Notes: generated by a model from the letters alone, not told the origin. A stretch of 64,000 nucleotides of DNA from an uncultured Syntrophobacterales bacterium (GCA_965602785.1 CBFDAH010000001.1:633-64632), one strand, 5' to 3'. Positions 9,781 through 18,465 are shown, numbered from the stretch's first letter. Made by a program: numbers and translations.

Positions 9781-10377
9781 TCATTTGGGGACAGGAACTG
9801 AAAATTTCCGCATTTTTGCAGAAATTTTCAGCGAGCTCCGGATGGATTTTTGATGTTTTTTGGCCTCCTGAGACGACGGGAAGGGACCCACCCAGACTTC
9901 GTAGTATTTTCCTTTTTTGCGAATAAACCCAGGCCTATCCTGCTTTTTGATCTTTTCCAGCAACCTCTGGGCAGCGCGGTAGCGCCGGAATCTTCCTGCC
10001 AACAGGCCATATCCCTCCTTGGGCTCCTGGGTGGTGATGGCTGCCTCCTCCGGGGGGGCAATCTTTGCTGGCGGAACCTTGGCAAGAGGAGCTTGCGCGG
10101 AGGGAGCCTCCGGAGCAGGGATCGGGGTCACCTGAGGAGGAGCGGGGGGAGCCGCTGGAGGAGGTGCGGGCTCCGTGGGCGCCGCCGGCCGGGGCTCGGG
10201 AGGCGCAGGTTTTGGCGCGAATTCAGAGGCGGTGCGAGGAACGATTTCAGGTTTTGCGACTGGGCTCGGCTCCGGAGGCCGGGAATCACCTTCGTAAAAC
10301 CAGACATAGTACAGAAAAACCAACGCGAATCCGAAGCCAACCACCAGCGCCAAACTACCGAAGACTTTTTTCATCAT
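9781..10377 (-). CDS. SPOR-domain protein with Pro/Ala-rich linker
   Basis: N-terminal TM, long PAPPEP-type linker, C-terminal GYGLLAGRFRRYRAAQRLLEKI...YYEVWVGPFPSSQEAKK resembling a SPOR peptidoglycan-binding domain. Confidence 0.7.
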   Translation of the reverse strand: MMKKVFGSLALVVGFGFALVFLYYVWFYEGDSRPPEPSPVAKPEIVPRTASEFAPKPAPPEPRPAAPTEPAPPPAAPPAPPQVTPIPAPEAPSAQAPLAKVPPAKIAPPEEAAITTQEPKEGYGLLAGRFRRYRAAQRLLEKIKKQDRPGFIRKKGKYYEVWVGPFPSSQEAKKHQKSIRSSLKISAKMRKFSVPVPK

Positions 10378-10612
10378 GGGGTCCTCCTCGACACCTTGAG
10401 CATTTCAGGTCAGGTCACCTGGACCTGGAGGCGCCTTCTGCCCGTCCTGATAACTCTCACGGATGGGGGGAGCCTTATAAACCCGGATGTGGTTCCCTTG
10501 ATAAATGGTTGTGCCAGCCAGAAATTCAGAATGAATGGAGCTGATGTCAGTTTCTCACAAATAGGGGGAATCGCGTCATTTTCTTGACCTCAGTTCCTCA
10601 GGAACAATCTCC

Positions 10613-11539
10613 TCACCCCGGCTGGCGAAAAGCTTCAACGGTTTGAGCAAGCCCTTCCTCCAGGTCCATCGCGGCCTGCCAGTCCAGTGCCTCCCTGGCC
10701 AGGCGGGAGTCCAGAGCGCTGCGGCGTTGCTCCCCGGGCTTGGCGGGGCCATGCACCGGACAGAGGGGAGAATGGGCGAGTTTCTGGAGCTTGAGGTAAA
10801 TGGTGAGAATGTCGGTTTCCCGGCCGGTGCCGATGTTGAAGGTGCCGGAGCGGGGGTAAGCCAGGGCCTTAAGATTGGCCGCCACCACATCCCCCACAAA
10901 GACAAAGTCCCGGGTCTGGAGGCCGTCGCCGTTGATGATGGGCTGCTGGCCGGCCAGAAGTTTTTCAATAAAGATGGCCACCACGCCGGCTTCCCCCTGG
11001 CCGTTCTGGCGGGGACCGTAGACGTTGGCATAGCGGAGTGAGATGGTGGTGAGGCCGTACTCCGACTGATAAAACCGGAGGTAGTGCTCCACCGCCAGTT
11101 TGGCCACGCCATAGGGGCTTTCGGGCCAAGGGGGGTCGGTCTCCCGGGCCGGGATGGGGACCTCGTCACCGTAAAGGGCACCGCCGGTGGAGGCGAAAAT
11201 GATTTTTTTGACCTGGGCCTCCACCGCGGCCTGAAACAGGTTCAGGGAGCCCAGGATATTGTCCCGGGCATCAGCCACGGGGTCGGCCACGGAGATGCGG
11301 ACGCTCATTTGGGCGGCGTGATGTATTAGGGCTGCGGGGCGCCAGGAGCGGATAAGGTCCGCAGCGTCCGGGGAGGTAATGTCATAGGGGAAGAACTGGG
11401 CCTGGGAGGGGACGAACTCCCGCCGGCCGGTGCTGAGATTGTCAATTACCGCCACGTCATGACCCTCGGCCACCAGATTATCCGCCACGTGAGAACCGAT
11501 GAAGCCAGCGCCGCCGGTAACCAGGATACGAGCCATCAT
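10613..11539 (-). CDS. NAD-dependent nucleotide-sugar epimerase/dehydratase
   Basis: VTGGAGFIGSH Rossmann motif and catalytic YGVAK (YxxxK). Length and pattern of the UDP-glucose 4-epimerase family. Confidence 0.85.
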   Translation of the reverse strand: MMARILVTGGAGFIGSHVADNLVAEGHDVAVIDNLSTGRREFVPSQAQFFPYDITSPDAADLIRSWRPAALIHHAAQMSVRISVADPVADARDNILGSLNLFQAAVEAQVKKIIFASTGGALYGDEVPIPARETDPPWPESPYGVAKLAVEHYLRFYQSEYGLTTISLRYANVYGPRQNGQGEAGVVAIFIEKLLAGQQPIINGDGLQTRDFVFVGDVVAANLKALAYPRSGTFNIGTGRETDILTIYLKLQKLAHSPLCPVHGPAKPGEQRRSALDSRLAREALDWQAAMDLEEGLAQTVEAFRQPG

Positions 11540-11769
11540 ACCTCCCGAAAATGATAATCTTGTTGAAAAGAGCTAAGCTCCTAACTGGTTTTCTTTCGGA
11601 CGTTTTCATAATAACTAAAGGCTCAGCAAAGGGCAATTTTTCAGGCTTCCCCTTTTTATTTGGACTTCTCCTTCGCCTGCTTGTTAAAATGATCAGGAGT
11701 CACGTGCCGGGAGAAAGGCCTTTCTCAAGATTTTTTTCATCCACCCATGCTTATTATAAGGAGGGGGAG

Positions 11770-13188
11770 ATGTACTACTGGGGTCGTTTTGTGGGCATAT
11801 TGGCAAGTATAGTTTTTTTGAGTGCAGCTGGGGGGGCTGCGGCTCAAGAGCCGCCGGAGATGACCCTGCCGCAACTCATTTCTTTGGCCCTCAAATTCAG
11901 TCCGCAAGTAAAGACCAGCCAGAGCGATGTCACCCTGGCTGAGGCTCAGAAGGCCGAGGTCCGGGGTTACCGGTTCCCCCAATTGGACGCGGTGGCCTTG
12001 GGCGGCCTGGTACCCAAGGCTGATTTGCCGAGAATCGTCAACAACCGCATTTTTTACCCGGACCCCAAGTCCAAGATTCATGGGATGACCGTTTTTGGGC
12101 GCTTGGATTTTAGGCTGATTCAGCCTTTGTACACCTTTGGGAAGATTTCCCATCGGGAAAAGGCCGCGGCAAAAAATATCAAGGTCAAAACCGCCAAAGT
12201 TGACACCACCAGGGCGGAAGTCATCCTGCATGTGTCCAAGGCCTTCTACGGATTGGTGCTGGCCCAGCAGGGGGAAGATGCCGTAAGAGATGCTCGGGGG
12301 TATCTCAGCGACGCCAAGGAACGGATTACCCGGCTGTTGGCCGTTAAGTCTGCCAGCGTCAAGGACACTGATCCTTACCGCCTGGCAGTGTATGAGGGAG
12401 GGGTGGAGAAATTCGCCGCCGAGGCCGAAGAAGGAGCCAAGGTGGCCTACCGGGCCTTGCAGGCCCTCATCGGCTATAGTCCCAAGCAGGAGTTCCGAGT
12501 GCCCCTGGAGCTCCCGGAACCAACCCCGCCGGCTGGAAAACTGGACCATTTTGTGCTAATGGCCCTGGAACTCAGGCCCGAGTTCACCATGCTGAAAGAA
12601 GGCAAGGCGGCCCGAGAGCTCCTGGTGAAGGCGGCCAAGGCTGATTATTACCCGGACTTCTTCGCAGGGGTGATAGGTTTCCTGGCGGGGGCTCCCGGCC
12701 GCAGAACCTCTCAGGACCCCTTCCACCAGGACTATTTCAACGAGGCCGGCGCCGGGCCGGTGTTGGGCATCAAATGGCACTTCGACTTCGGCATCACCAA
12801 GGCCAAGCTGCGGCAGGCCCGGGCGGAGCTTAACAAACTACAACACCAGAAACGCACGGCCCTCATGGGCATCCCGATTCAAGTGGCGAAGGCCTATGGC
12901 AAGGTGACAGAGAACTACCGGGCCTCCAAGGGCATGTTGAAGGCTTACGTCAACGCCCGGCGCTGGATTATCACGGCCTTTAGCAACTTCGACATTGGCC
13001 TGGGAACCATGACGGACATCTTCGTGGCCTTTGAACGATACGGCATCGCCCGGGGGGACTACCTCCTGGCCCTCTTTAATTACCACCTGGCCGTGGCTGA
13101 GCTCAATAAGGCCACCGGGGCTTACCGGCGGACCTTGCCCAAAGAGGCGCCGCCCAAGGCGAAGAAACCGGGGCGTGCCGCCGGCTAA
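11770..13188 (+). CDS. TolC-family outer membrane efflux protein
   Basis: Start moved to in-frame ATG 11770, which gives a signal peptide (MYYWGRFVGILASIVFLSAAGGAAAQE). Two repeated coiled/beta halves typical of OEP/TolC proteins. Confidence 0.75.
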   Translation: MYYWGRFVGILASIVFLSAAGGAAAQEPPEMTLPQLISLALKFSPQVKTSQSDVTLAEAQKAEVRGYRFPQLDAVALGGLVPKADLPRIVNNRIFYPDPKSKIHGMTVFGRLDFRLIQPLYTFGKISHREKAAAKNIKVKTAKVDTTRAEVILHVSKAFYGLVLAQQGEDAVRDARGYLSDAKERITRLLAVKSASVKDTDPYRLAVYEGGVEKFAAEAEEGAKVAYRALQALIGYSPKQEFRVPLELPEPTPPAGKLDHFVLMALELRPEFTMLKEGKAARELLVKAAKADYYPDFFAGVIGFLAGAPGRRTSQDPFHQDYFNEAGAGPVLGIKWHFDFGITKAKLRQARAELNKLQHQKRTALMGIPIQVAKAYGKVTENYRASKGMLKAYVNARRWIITAFSNFDIGLGTMTDIFVAFERYGIARGDYLLALFNYHLAVAELNKATGAYRRTLPKEAPPKAKKPGRAAG

Positions 13189-13276
13189 GGCTAAAGCTCG
13201 CGGTTCCCTCATCGCACTTAGGTAGTTGCCTTCAAGACAATCGGTATTTCTGACACTTTTTTAGGCGGACCGTGGC

Positions 13277-14230
13277 ATGACCTGGCGGTTAGTGGTTTTT
13301 CCGTTGATTTTACCCTGGCGGCAGGAATTCTGGAGCCTGCCCCTGTATTTCCCGGAGTTGACGGCGGGGGTGTTGTGGCAGTGGCCTCCTGGGGTGCCCT
13401 ACCAGGGGAGGCCGCTTCCCCCGGCGGCGGAAGCCGGCGGCCGGGAACTCAGGCACTATGCGCCGGGGGAGCTCAAGCAATGGCAGGCCTATAAGGAATA
13501 TGCCAGCGACAAGGAGGGGTTGGAGGACATAGTGCGGGCTCTGAAGGGCGAACCGGAAGCCCCCGGAATGCCCGAGGGGCCGTGGAAGGATGAGGACGCC
13601 TTTAGCCTGGCCTGGCAACTGGAAATAATGGAGGCGGACCAGGAAGCGCACCTTTCCAGGGTGGATCTGGGGGAGGAGCGGCTGGCGGAAACCCTGACTC
13701 CGGAGACCTGGGAGGAGCGCGGCGATTTTGCCAGGGGCCTCGGGGACATGGAGATAGTGGACCCGGAGACGGCCCGGCTGCGCTATCTCTTGTGGCGGCG
13801 GGAGATGGGCGCACCCCTGGGAGCCGAAAGCCTGCCGCTGCTGTTGGGACGCACCTCCAAAGCCATTTTCGCTTCCTTGCGAAAAGAAGGTGGCGGGGGC
13901 ATGAGCACACAGGTCCGCCTTTCCCTCCCAGGCTGCCGCACGGCAGAGGAGTATCTGGCCGCCAGGGGTGGAGAAGCAGTACCGGGGTGGCTGCCGGAGT
14001 TCAAGAAGCTTCTGGGGGCCTGCCTCAGCGCGGCGGACCAGGATGCGGACCTGGAGTCACCAACTCAGGACCTGACCCGGTGGGTGACAGAGGAGCTGGC
14101 CCAGCAATGGCCGAACACCCCCGCCTGGTCCTGGGACCTGGAGATTTGGGGCAAGGCGGCGCTGGTCAAGGAAGGTGGAGAGGCGCTGCTGGCCTGGGGT
14201 GGCCGGGGTGAAGAGGTGGTGCCGGGTTAG
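13277..14230 (+). CDS. hypothetical protein; its 3' end is duplicated at 18378..18465
   Basis: 317-aa ORF with no recognisable motif. Acidic, Trp-rich. Confidence 0.5.
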   Translation: MTWRLVVFPLILPWRQEFWSLPLYFPELTAGVLWQWPPGVPYQGRPLPPAAEAGGRELRHYAPGELKQWQAYKEYASDKEGLEDIVRALKGEPEAPGMPEGPWKDEDAFSLAWQLEIMEADQEAHLSRVDLGEERLAETLTPETWEERGDFARGLGDMEIVDPETARLRYLLWRREMGAPLGAESLPLLLGRTSKAIFASLRKEGGGGMSTQVRLSLPGCRTAEEYLAARGGEAVPGWLPEFKKLLGACLSAADQDADLESPTQDLTRWVTEELAQQWPNTPAWSWDLEIWGKAALVKEGGEALLAWGGRGEEVVPG

Positions 14231-14233
14231 AGG
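14147..14233 (+). repeat. direct repeat copy 1 (3' end of gene 13277..14230 plus 3 nt)
   Basis: GCGGCGCTGGTCAAGGAAGGTGGAGAGGCGCTGCTGGCCTGGGGTGGCCGGGGTGAAGAGGTGGTGCCGGGTTAGAGG is repeated at 18385-18465 with one extra codon and 2 substitutions. Confidence 0.85.
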
Positions 14234-14340
14234 CTGATCTGGTCTAGATTTTTGTTGATAGAGTGATAACTGCTGATAACGGCAAGCTAGCTATGGCGGA
14301 TCCGAGTAGATTGCTAATTTCGACTTTATTCATTTGACCG

Positions 14341-14380
14341 GAAAACAAAATGGCGGATGATGCACCTGACCCTCCGCCAT
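14341..14380 (-). terminator. rho-independent terminator downstream of gene 14402..14803
   Basis: Minus-strand reading ATGGCGGAGGGTCAGGTGCATCATCCGCCAT followed by TTTGTTTTC. 8-bp GC-rich stem. Confidence 0.6.
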
Positions 14381-14401
14381 CTCGATTGACTCAATACGAT
14401 C

Positions 14402-14803
14402 TCAATAGCCCGAGCGGAACCAGCCCGTCTGCTTGTTCACTTGGATTTTATCCACCAGGGACCCTTCTTTCTTGGTGACAATGTCCACCTCATAGGTGCC
14501 GTCCTTTTCAGTGACCTTGCCCGCCTTCAAGTTGGGATTGCCGCTGATCTGCTGCTCCACCATGGCTTTAGCCTGGTCCGCCGTCAGGGGCTGTCCGGGT
14601 TTGGCCACCGGCGGTCCGGTCTGAGACCCCATCCAGGGGCAGTACCAGCCGCCCTTTTGTCCTTGCGGGGCAGGGCCGCCGCCCCCCATCCAGGGGCAGT
14701 ACCAGCCTCGCTGGCCGGGCCCCTGGGGCTGGGCCGAGAGGTTCCCAATCACCAGTAAGACGGACAAAAATGTCAACAATCCTGCAATAGCCAATTTTTT
14801 CAT
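14402..14803 (-). CDS. secreted protein with tandem GWYCPWMG motifs and a PepSY-like C-terminal domain
   Basis: Start moved to ATG 14803 (AAGGAG RBS at 14811-14816, signal peptide MKKLAIAGLLTFLSVLLVIGNLSA). Two copies of G(R/G)GWYCPWMG(G/S). C-terminus KVTEKDGTYEVDIVTKKEGSLVDKIQVNKQTGW is PepSY-like. Confidence 0.6.
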   Translation of the reverse strand: MKKLAIAGLLTFLSVLLVIGNLSAQPQGPGQRGWYCPWMGGGGPAPQGQKGGWYCPWMGSQTGPPVAKPGQPLTADQAKAMVEQQISGNPNLKAGKVTEKDGTYEVDIVTKKEGSLVDKIQVNKQTGWFRSGY

Positions 14804-14926
14804 TTTTTTCTCCTTTTGTCTTTTTAGTAAAAAAGTGAGTACCAGCTTAAATTCTGACCATCTAATATTATTCTCGATGGGTATCTGCAATGAAGTAGAG
14901 TCACAAGGGTTGCGAAGGTTAAATCT

Positions 14927-15562
14927 TCAACTCTTCTCACAAGGCATGCTGCAGCAAGTGCAAAGCTTCTCCTCTTTCAAAGCTTGATAGCCTTCCCGGA
15001 CCAGCACGGCCACAATAACTAGCCCGATGATGGGGTCCGCCTGCCAGATGCCATAGAAATAGTTCAGACCGAGCCCGATGAGGAGGCCCAGGGAAAGCAT
15101 GGCGCAGGCCAGGGTTTGCTTTGAGTCGGCCATGAGGCTGGCACTTCCCAAAGATTTTCCTGTTTGATACTTGAGATAAAACAGCCCCGGCATGATGATA
15201 AGGGACACCGAGGCAATGATCATACCTAAAAGGCTGGGAGAAGGGGCTTCCTGGAAAAGGAGTTTTTTCAGAGATTCATACAACACGTAGGCCGCAAGGA
15301 TGAAGAAGGTGTATCCCACCAGTCGAATAGCCTTCTTTTCCAGACGTTCCTCTTCCTGGGGGGTGAGGTTGGCATGGGGCCGGAAGCGCCAGATCATGAC
15401 GCCGCCGGAGAGGGATTCCACCACACTGTCCAGTCCAAAGCCCACCAGAGCAATGCTCCCCGCCAACCAGCCGGCCAGAATGGAGATCCCGCCTTCCAGG
15501 ATGTTATAGCCCACCGTAAAGTATGATAACCAGCGGGCCCGTTTCTGGAGATTTTCTTTCAT
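14927..15562 (-). CDS. cation diffusion facilitator (cation efflux) family membrane protein, short form
   Basis: Six predicted TM segments. TM2 region GFGLDSVVESLSGGVMIW is CDF-like. Ends in the Cys cluster CTCCSMPCEKS. Lacks the usual cytoplasmic C-terminal domain. Confidence 0.7.
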   Translation of the reverse strand: MKENLQKRARWLSYFTVGYNILEGGISILAGWLAGSIALVGFGLDSVVESLSGGVMIWRFRPHANLTPQEEERLEKKAIRLVGYTFFILAAYVLYESLKKLLFQEAPSPSLLGMIIASVSLIIMPGLFYLKYQTGKSLGSASLMADSKQTLACAMLSLGLLIGLGLNYFYGIWQADPIIGLVIVAVLVREGYQALKEEKLCTCCSMPCEKS

Positions 15563-15622
15563 TGCAAAAACCTACCTTTCAATCCTCTCACCTTGGCTTT
15601 TCCGCCAGGGATCGCCAAAGAG

Positions 15623-16168
15623 TTACTCACATTGACAACTGTCCGTATGACCAACGTTGGGCTCAACTTGCTGGTTTGCTGCTACAGCCTTGCCACGCTT
15701 GTTCATCCACCACCAGGCTCCGATGATGGTGAGGGTGGTGAGCGCCGCTACCAGAGGTTTCGCCACCGGGAGGAACCAGGCTCCGAAAAGGTTGAGATAA
15801 ACCACCAGCATGGGGGAGCCACAACAACCCGCCAAGAAACAACCAGCCAGCGCCAGGAAGGCCGAAAAGGTCACCCCGCCTGCCGCCAGGGTTTTGCCGG
15901 AGCAGAAACGCGCTTCCCAATATCGACATACCAGCACCGCAGCAAAAGCCAGGGAAAGGGCATAGGAATAGCCCAGCCAGTAGCTCTGAGTTTCGAGATA
16001 CCGTTTTAACCAGGAGGTAGAGCCAGACGCAGGGAATGAAGCCCACCTGGCCTGGGCCGGGTCGACTTCCGGGAAAAAGCCAGACCACAGGTAATGGCCC
16101 AGCAAAACGGCGCCAAAGACGCTCGCCGGCAGGATGGCTCGTTTAAGGCGGTTCAGGGTTATGGTCAT
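15623..16168 (-). CDS. membrane protein with a GCCGSP motif and a C-terminal HTDSCQCE tail
   Basis: About 4 TM segments. 4-nt overlap with the upstream gene 16165..16557. No family recognised. Confidence 0.5.
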   Translation of the reverse strand: MTITLNRLKRAILPASVFGAVLLGHYLWSGFFPEVDPAQARWASFPASGSTSWLKRYLETQSYWLGYSYALSLAFAAVLVCRYWEARFCSGKTLAAGGVTFSAFLALAGCFLAGCCGSPMLVVYLNLFGAWFLPVAKPLVAALTTLTIIGAWWWMNKRGKAVAANQQVEPNVGHTDSCQCE

Positions 16169-16557
16169 TTGGAGCCCTTTTTCTGCAATCGCGACGCCTC
16201 GAAGAAAAGTTTCCCGCCGGATTTCCGCACTTCACCCTCTAATTGGACTACATCCCGGACCGCAGGCAAGGGACCCTTCCATTTTACCGGCAGAGTAAGG
16301 GGCGCACAGGTGGTGACGCCACAATCCTTTAACTCCTGAATGTCGATCAAGGACAAAGCCTGGTCTGACGGGGAGACGGCGCTCACCACCCCTTCCAGGC
16401 GAACCTTGCCCCGATAACGGTCAACGTTTTTCATAAATTCCTGCACACCGAGAACCGGAGACTCCGTCTGGCTGCCAGCAGCAGGAATTTTAACCAAAAT
16501 CAGGGGTATGATCATGACTAGGGCTGCGGCATAAAGCAAGGTTAGATGACGCTTCAT
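16165..16557 (-). CDS. exported hypothetical protein (CGVTTC motif)
   Basis: N-terminal signal/anchor MKRHLTLLYAAALVMIIPLILV. Translationally coupled to the downstream membrane protein. Confidence 0.45.
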   Translation of the reverse strand: MKRHLTLLYAAALVMIIPLILVKIPAAGSQTESPVLGVQEFMKNVDRYRGKVRLEGVVSAVSPSDQALSLIDIQELKDCGVTTCAPLTLPVKWKGPLPAVRDVVQLEGEVRKSGGKLFFEASRLQKKGSK

Positions 16558-16634
16558 GGCAAATATTCCTCATTGAGGCCCGGAGAACCGATTTTTTCCT
16601 GTGGCCCAGCCGACCGGCTGGAAGTGGTAGTACC

Positions 16635-17813
16635 TCAGGTGCCGGTGTCCCGGCAGGATGGTCCGCAGTCACTTGGGGCCAGACTTAGGAGCCGAGGTTC
16701 CTCGGGGGCCGCATCCTGTATATACCTCTCCCCTGTCTTGAGGGACTCCTCCGCCCGGGAAAGTTCCTGCCCCAGGTAAGCGGCGTGGTCCAATCTGGAA
16801 AGAAGCCCCCTGTCGATGGCAGGAGTGTAAAGTTCAGCCGCGGTCCTCCCCTCGATGATGGCGTCCAGCACCCCGTCATTGCGGTAGTGTTCCAGGGAAA
16901 GAAGGCCCCTTGAGCGGTCGGCATAGACCACGAAATAACCGGCCGGATCGGACACCATGCGACTGGGGAGATAGCCCGGGACGGGCTCCAGCAGCGGCGT
17001 GGAGTGGAAAGGGATGGCCGGACCGGAGTTTTGGGTGGCGCAGGCTTCTACCATGGCGATGATTTTCGCCATATCAGACTGTCCCATGAGATCAACCACT
17101 GCTACCGTCTGACGGAAGTGCTCCACCGCCTCCAGGCTGATATTTTTCAAAACGGGTCGCCGCCCTCGGGCTCCCAGGATGCGGCCGCGCTGATCTACCC
17201 CATTTTGGGCCAGAGCCACCAAAGACTGTCCCGGAAAGTGTCCCACCTCCTGCTGGGAATCGGGGCCGCAGAGAATCAGGTGGCGGATATGAGGGTTGGC
17301 CAGGACATTGTGGATCACTCGCTCGATTCCCAAATTTTCCGTGCACAGCGTCCCGACAATGGAGAGGTCCGGCCCTGTCTCCCGAGCTATAGCCTGGGCC
17401 AGGGTTTCATCCATCAGGGAGCACACTGCCACCGGGGCACAGAAACGGCGGATGATATATGACCCAGGAAGGGGGGGCCAGCCCGGACGTGCTTCAACTT
17501 TTTCACCAGGGCACAGGTCCAGTTCCACGAGATCCTTACCGATTGCCTGGGAAAGGGCCGTCACAATGAGAGGAGGAAAACAGACCTCGCATCCGAAGCA
17601 ATCGTATTGCACCTCGGTTAGGCATTCTTGTGCCCTGGTCACAGCTTCGGTCAATTCCCTAGATAGACCGTCAACGCCAGAGTCCTTGGCCAAGGCCCCG
17701 AGCAAGGCATGGAAACAGCCGCACGCCCTGCATTTCTTGGCGGCGCTGGCTTCGGAGAACAAAGAGAGGGCTTTTTCCAAGGCTTCTGATGAACCTAGAT
17801 GAGCTTCGGTCAT
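16635..17813 (-). CDS. cysteine-rich protein with an MtrA-like (tetrahydromethanopterin S-methyltransferase subunit A fold) core and a DUF4346-like C-terminal region
   Basis: Start moved to ATG 17813, which overlaps the arsR stop as ATGA. N-terminal CRACGCFH...CFGCEVCFP. Central IHNVLANPHIRHLILCGPDSQ resembles soluble MtrA homologues. Assignment is from memory of the family pattern only. Confidence 0.5.
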   Translation of the reverse strand: MTEAHLGSSEALEKALSLFSEASAAKKCRACGCFHALLGALAKDSGVDGLSRELTEAVTRAQECLTEVQYDCFGCEVCFPPLIVTALSQAIGKDLVELDLCPGEKVEARPGWPPLPGSYIIRRFCAPVAVCSLMDETLAQAIARETGPDLSIVGTLCTENLGIERVIHNVLANPHIRHLILCGPDSQQEVGHFPGQSLVALAQNGVDQRGRILGARGRRPVLKNISLEAVEHFRQTVAVVDLMGQSDMAKIIAMVEACATQNSGPAIPFHSTPLLEPVPGYLPSRMVSDPAGYFVVYADRSRGLLSLEHYRNDGVLDAIIEGRTAAELYTPAIDRGLLSRLDHAAYLGQELSRAEESLKTGERYIQDAAPEEPRLLSLAPSDCGPSCRDTGT

Positions 17814-18193
17814 TCGGCTCTCTCCTCGGCCTCTTCGCTCAGGCACAGCCCGTAATTCAAGAGGGCAATGACGCAGGGGTCAGAAATCCGATAATGCGAA
17901 TTGGGGCCCTCACGCCTGCCCCCGAGGATGCCTCGCAGTACCAACAATTGAAGCTGGTTGGAAACTGCTTGAGGGCTCATGCCTACCACATCGGCCAATT
18001 CGGACACTCGCAGCTCCTTAGCTCTAACCAACGCATGGAGAATTCTGAGGCGATTTTCGTTGGCCAGGACCTTAAAAATGCCAGTTAAGTCGGCGGCCTG
18101 CTCTAAAGTCAGCAGGGGCCGCTCCCCCAGCGCCGGTTTGGTCCGGCAGGAAGGCTGCTCCATGATTAGGGTTGTGATATCCATATCAACCAT
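17810..18193 (-). CDS. ArsR/SmtB-family metalloregulator
   Basis: LANENRLRILHALVRAKELRVSELADVVGMSPQAVSNQLQLLVLRGIL is a typical ArsR winged-HTH. First gene of the island operon. Confidence 0.85.
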   Translation of the reverse strand: MVDMDITTLIMEQPSCRTKPALGERPLLTLEQAADLTGIFKVLANENRLRILHALVRAKELRVSELADVVGMSPQAVSNQLQLLVLRGILGGRREGPNSHYRISDPCVIALLNYGLCLSEEAEERAE

Positions 18194-18211
18194 TACATTA
18201 ACTCATGTAAT
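18192..18211. promoter_or_regulatory. candidate ArsR operator (7-6-7 inverted repeat) overlapping the arsR start codon
   Basis: ATTACAT-TAACTC-ATGTAAT at 18192-18211. A TATAAT-like box lies on the minus strand immediately upstream (18211-18216). Confidence 0.35.
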
Positions 18212-18377
18212 TATATATGTCAAGGTGCAGGTGATAGGTATTTGAGATGAGGATGAGCAGAAGTGAGAGATAGACCTATGGCCTAACTAAAAGCAGGAAA
18301 GTGCGCGTAACTGCTATGTATCGACGCTTTGGAGGGATCGGTAACTTTACCGATATGATTTTCATAGTGCAGGCGCC

Positions 18378-18465
18378 GCGGGGAGCGGCGACGCTGGTCA
18401 AGGAAGGGGGAGAGGCGCTGCTGGCCTGGGGTGACCGGGGTGAAGAGGTGGTGCCGGGTTAGAGG
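18378..18465 (+). repeat. direct repeat copy 2 (orphan 3' gene fragment: AATLVKEGGEALLAWGDRGEEVVPG*)
   Basis: Aligns with 14147-14233. It keeps the reading frame and the TAG stop (18460-18462) but has no upstream ORF. Confidence 0.85.

Larger units (their letters stand above)
14234..18377. mobile_element. ~4.1 kb inserted island (ArsR-headed metal-handling genes) bounded by the direct repeats; no recombinase present
   Basis: Bracketed by the ~85 bp direct repeat. AT-rich ORF-free edges (14234-14400, 18194-18377). All six genes lie on the minus strand, opposite to the interrupted gene. Confidence 0.45.
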
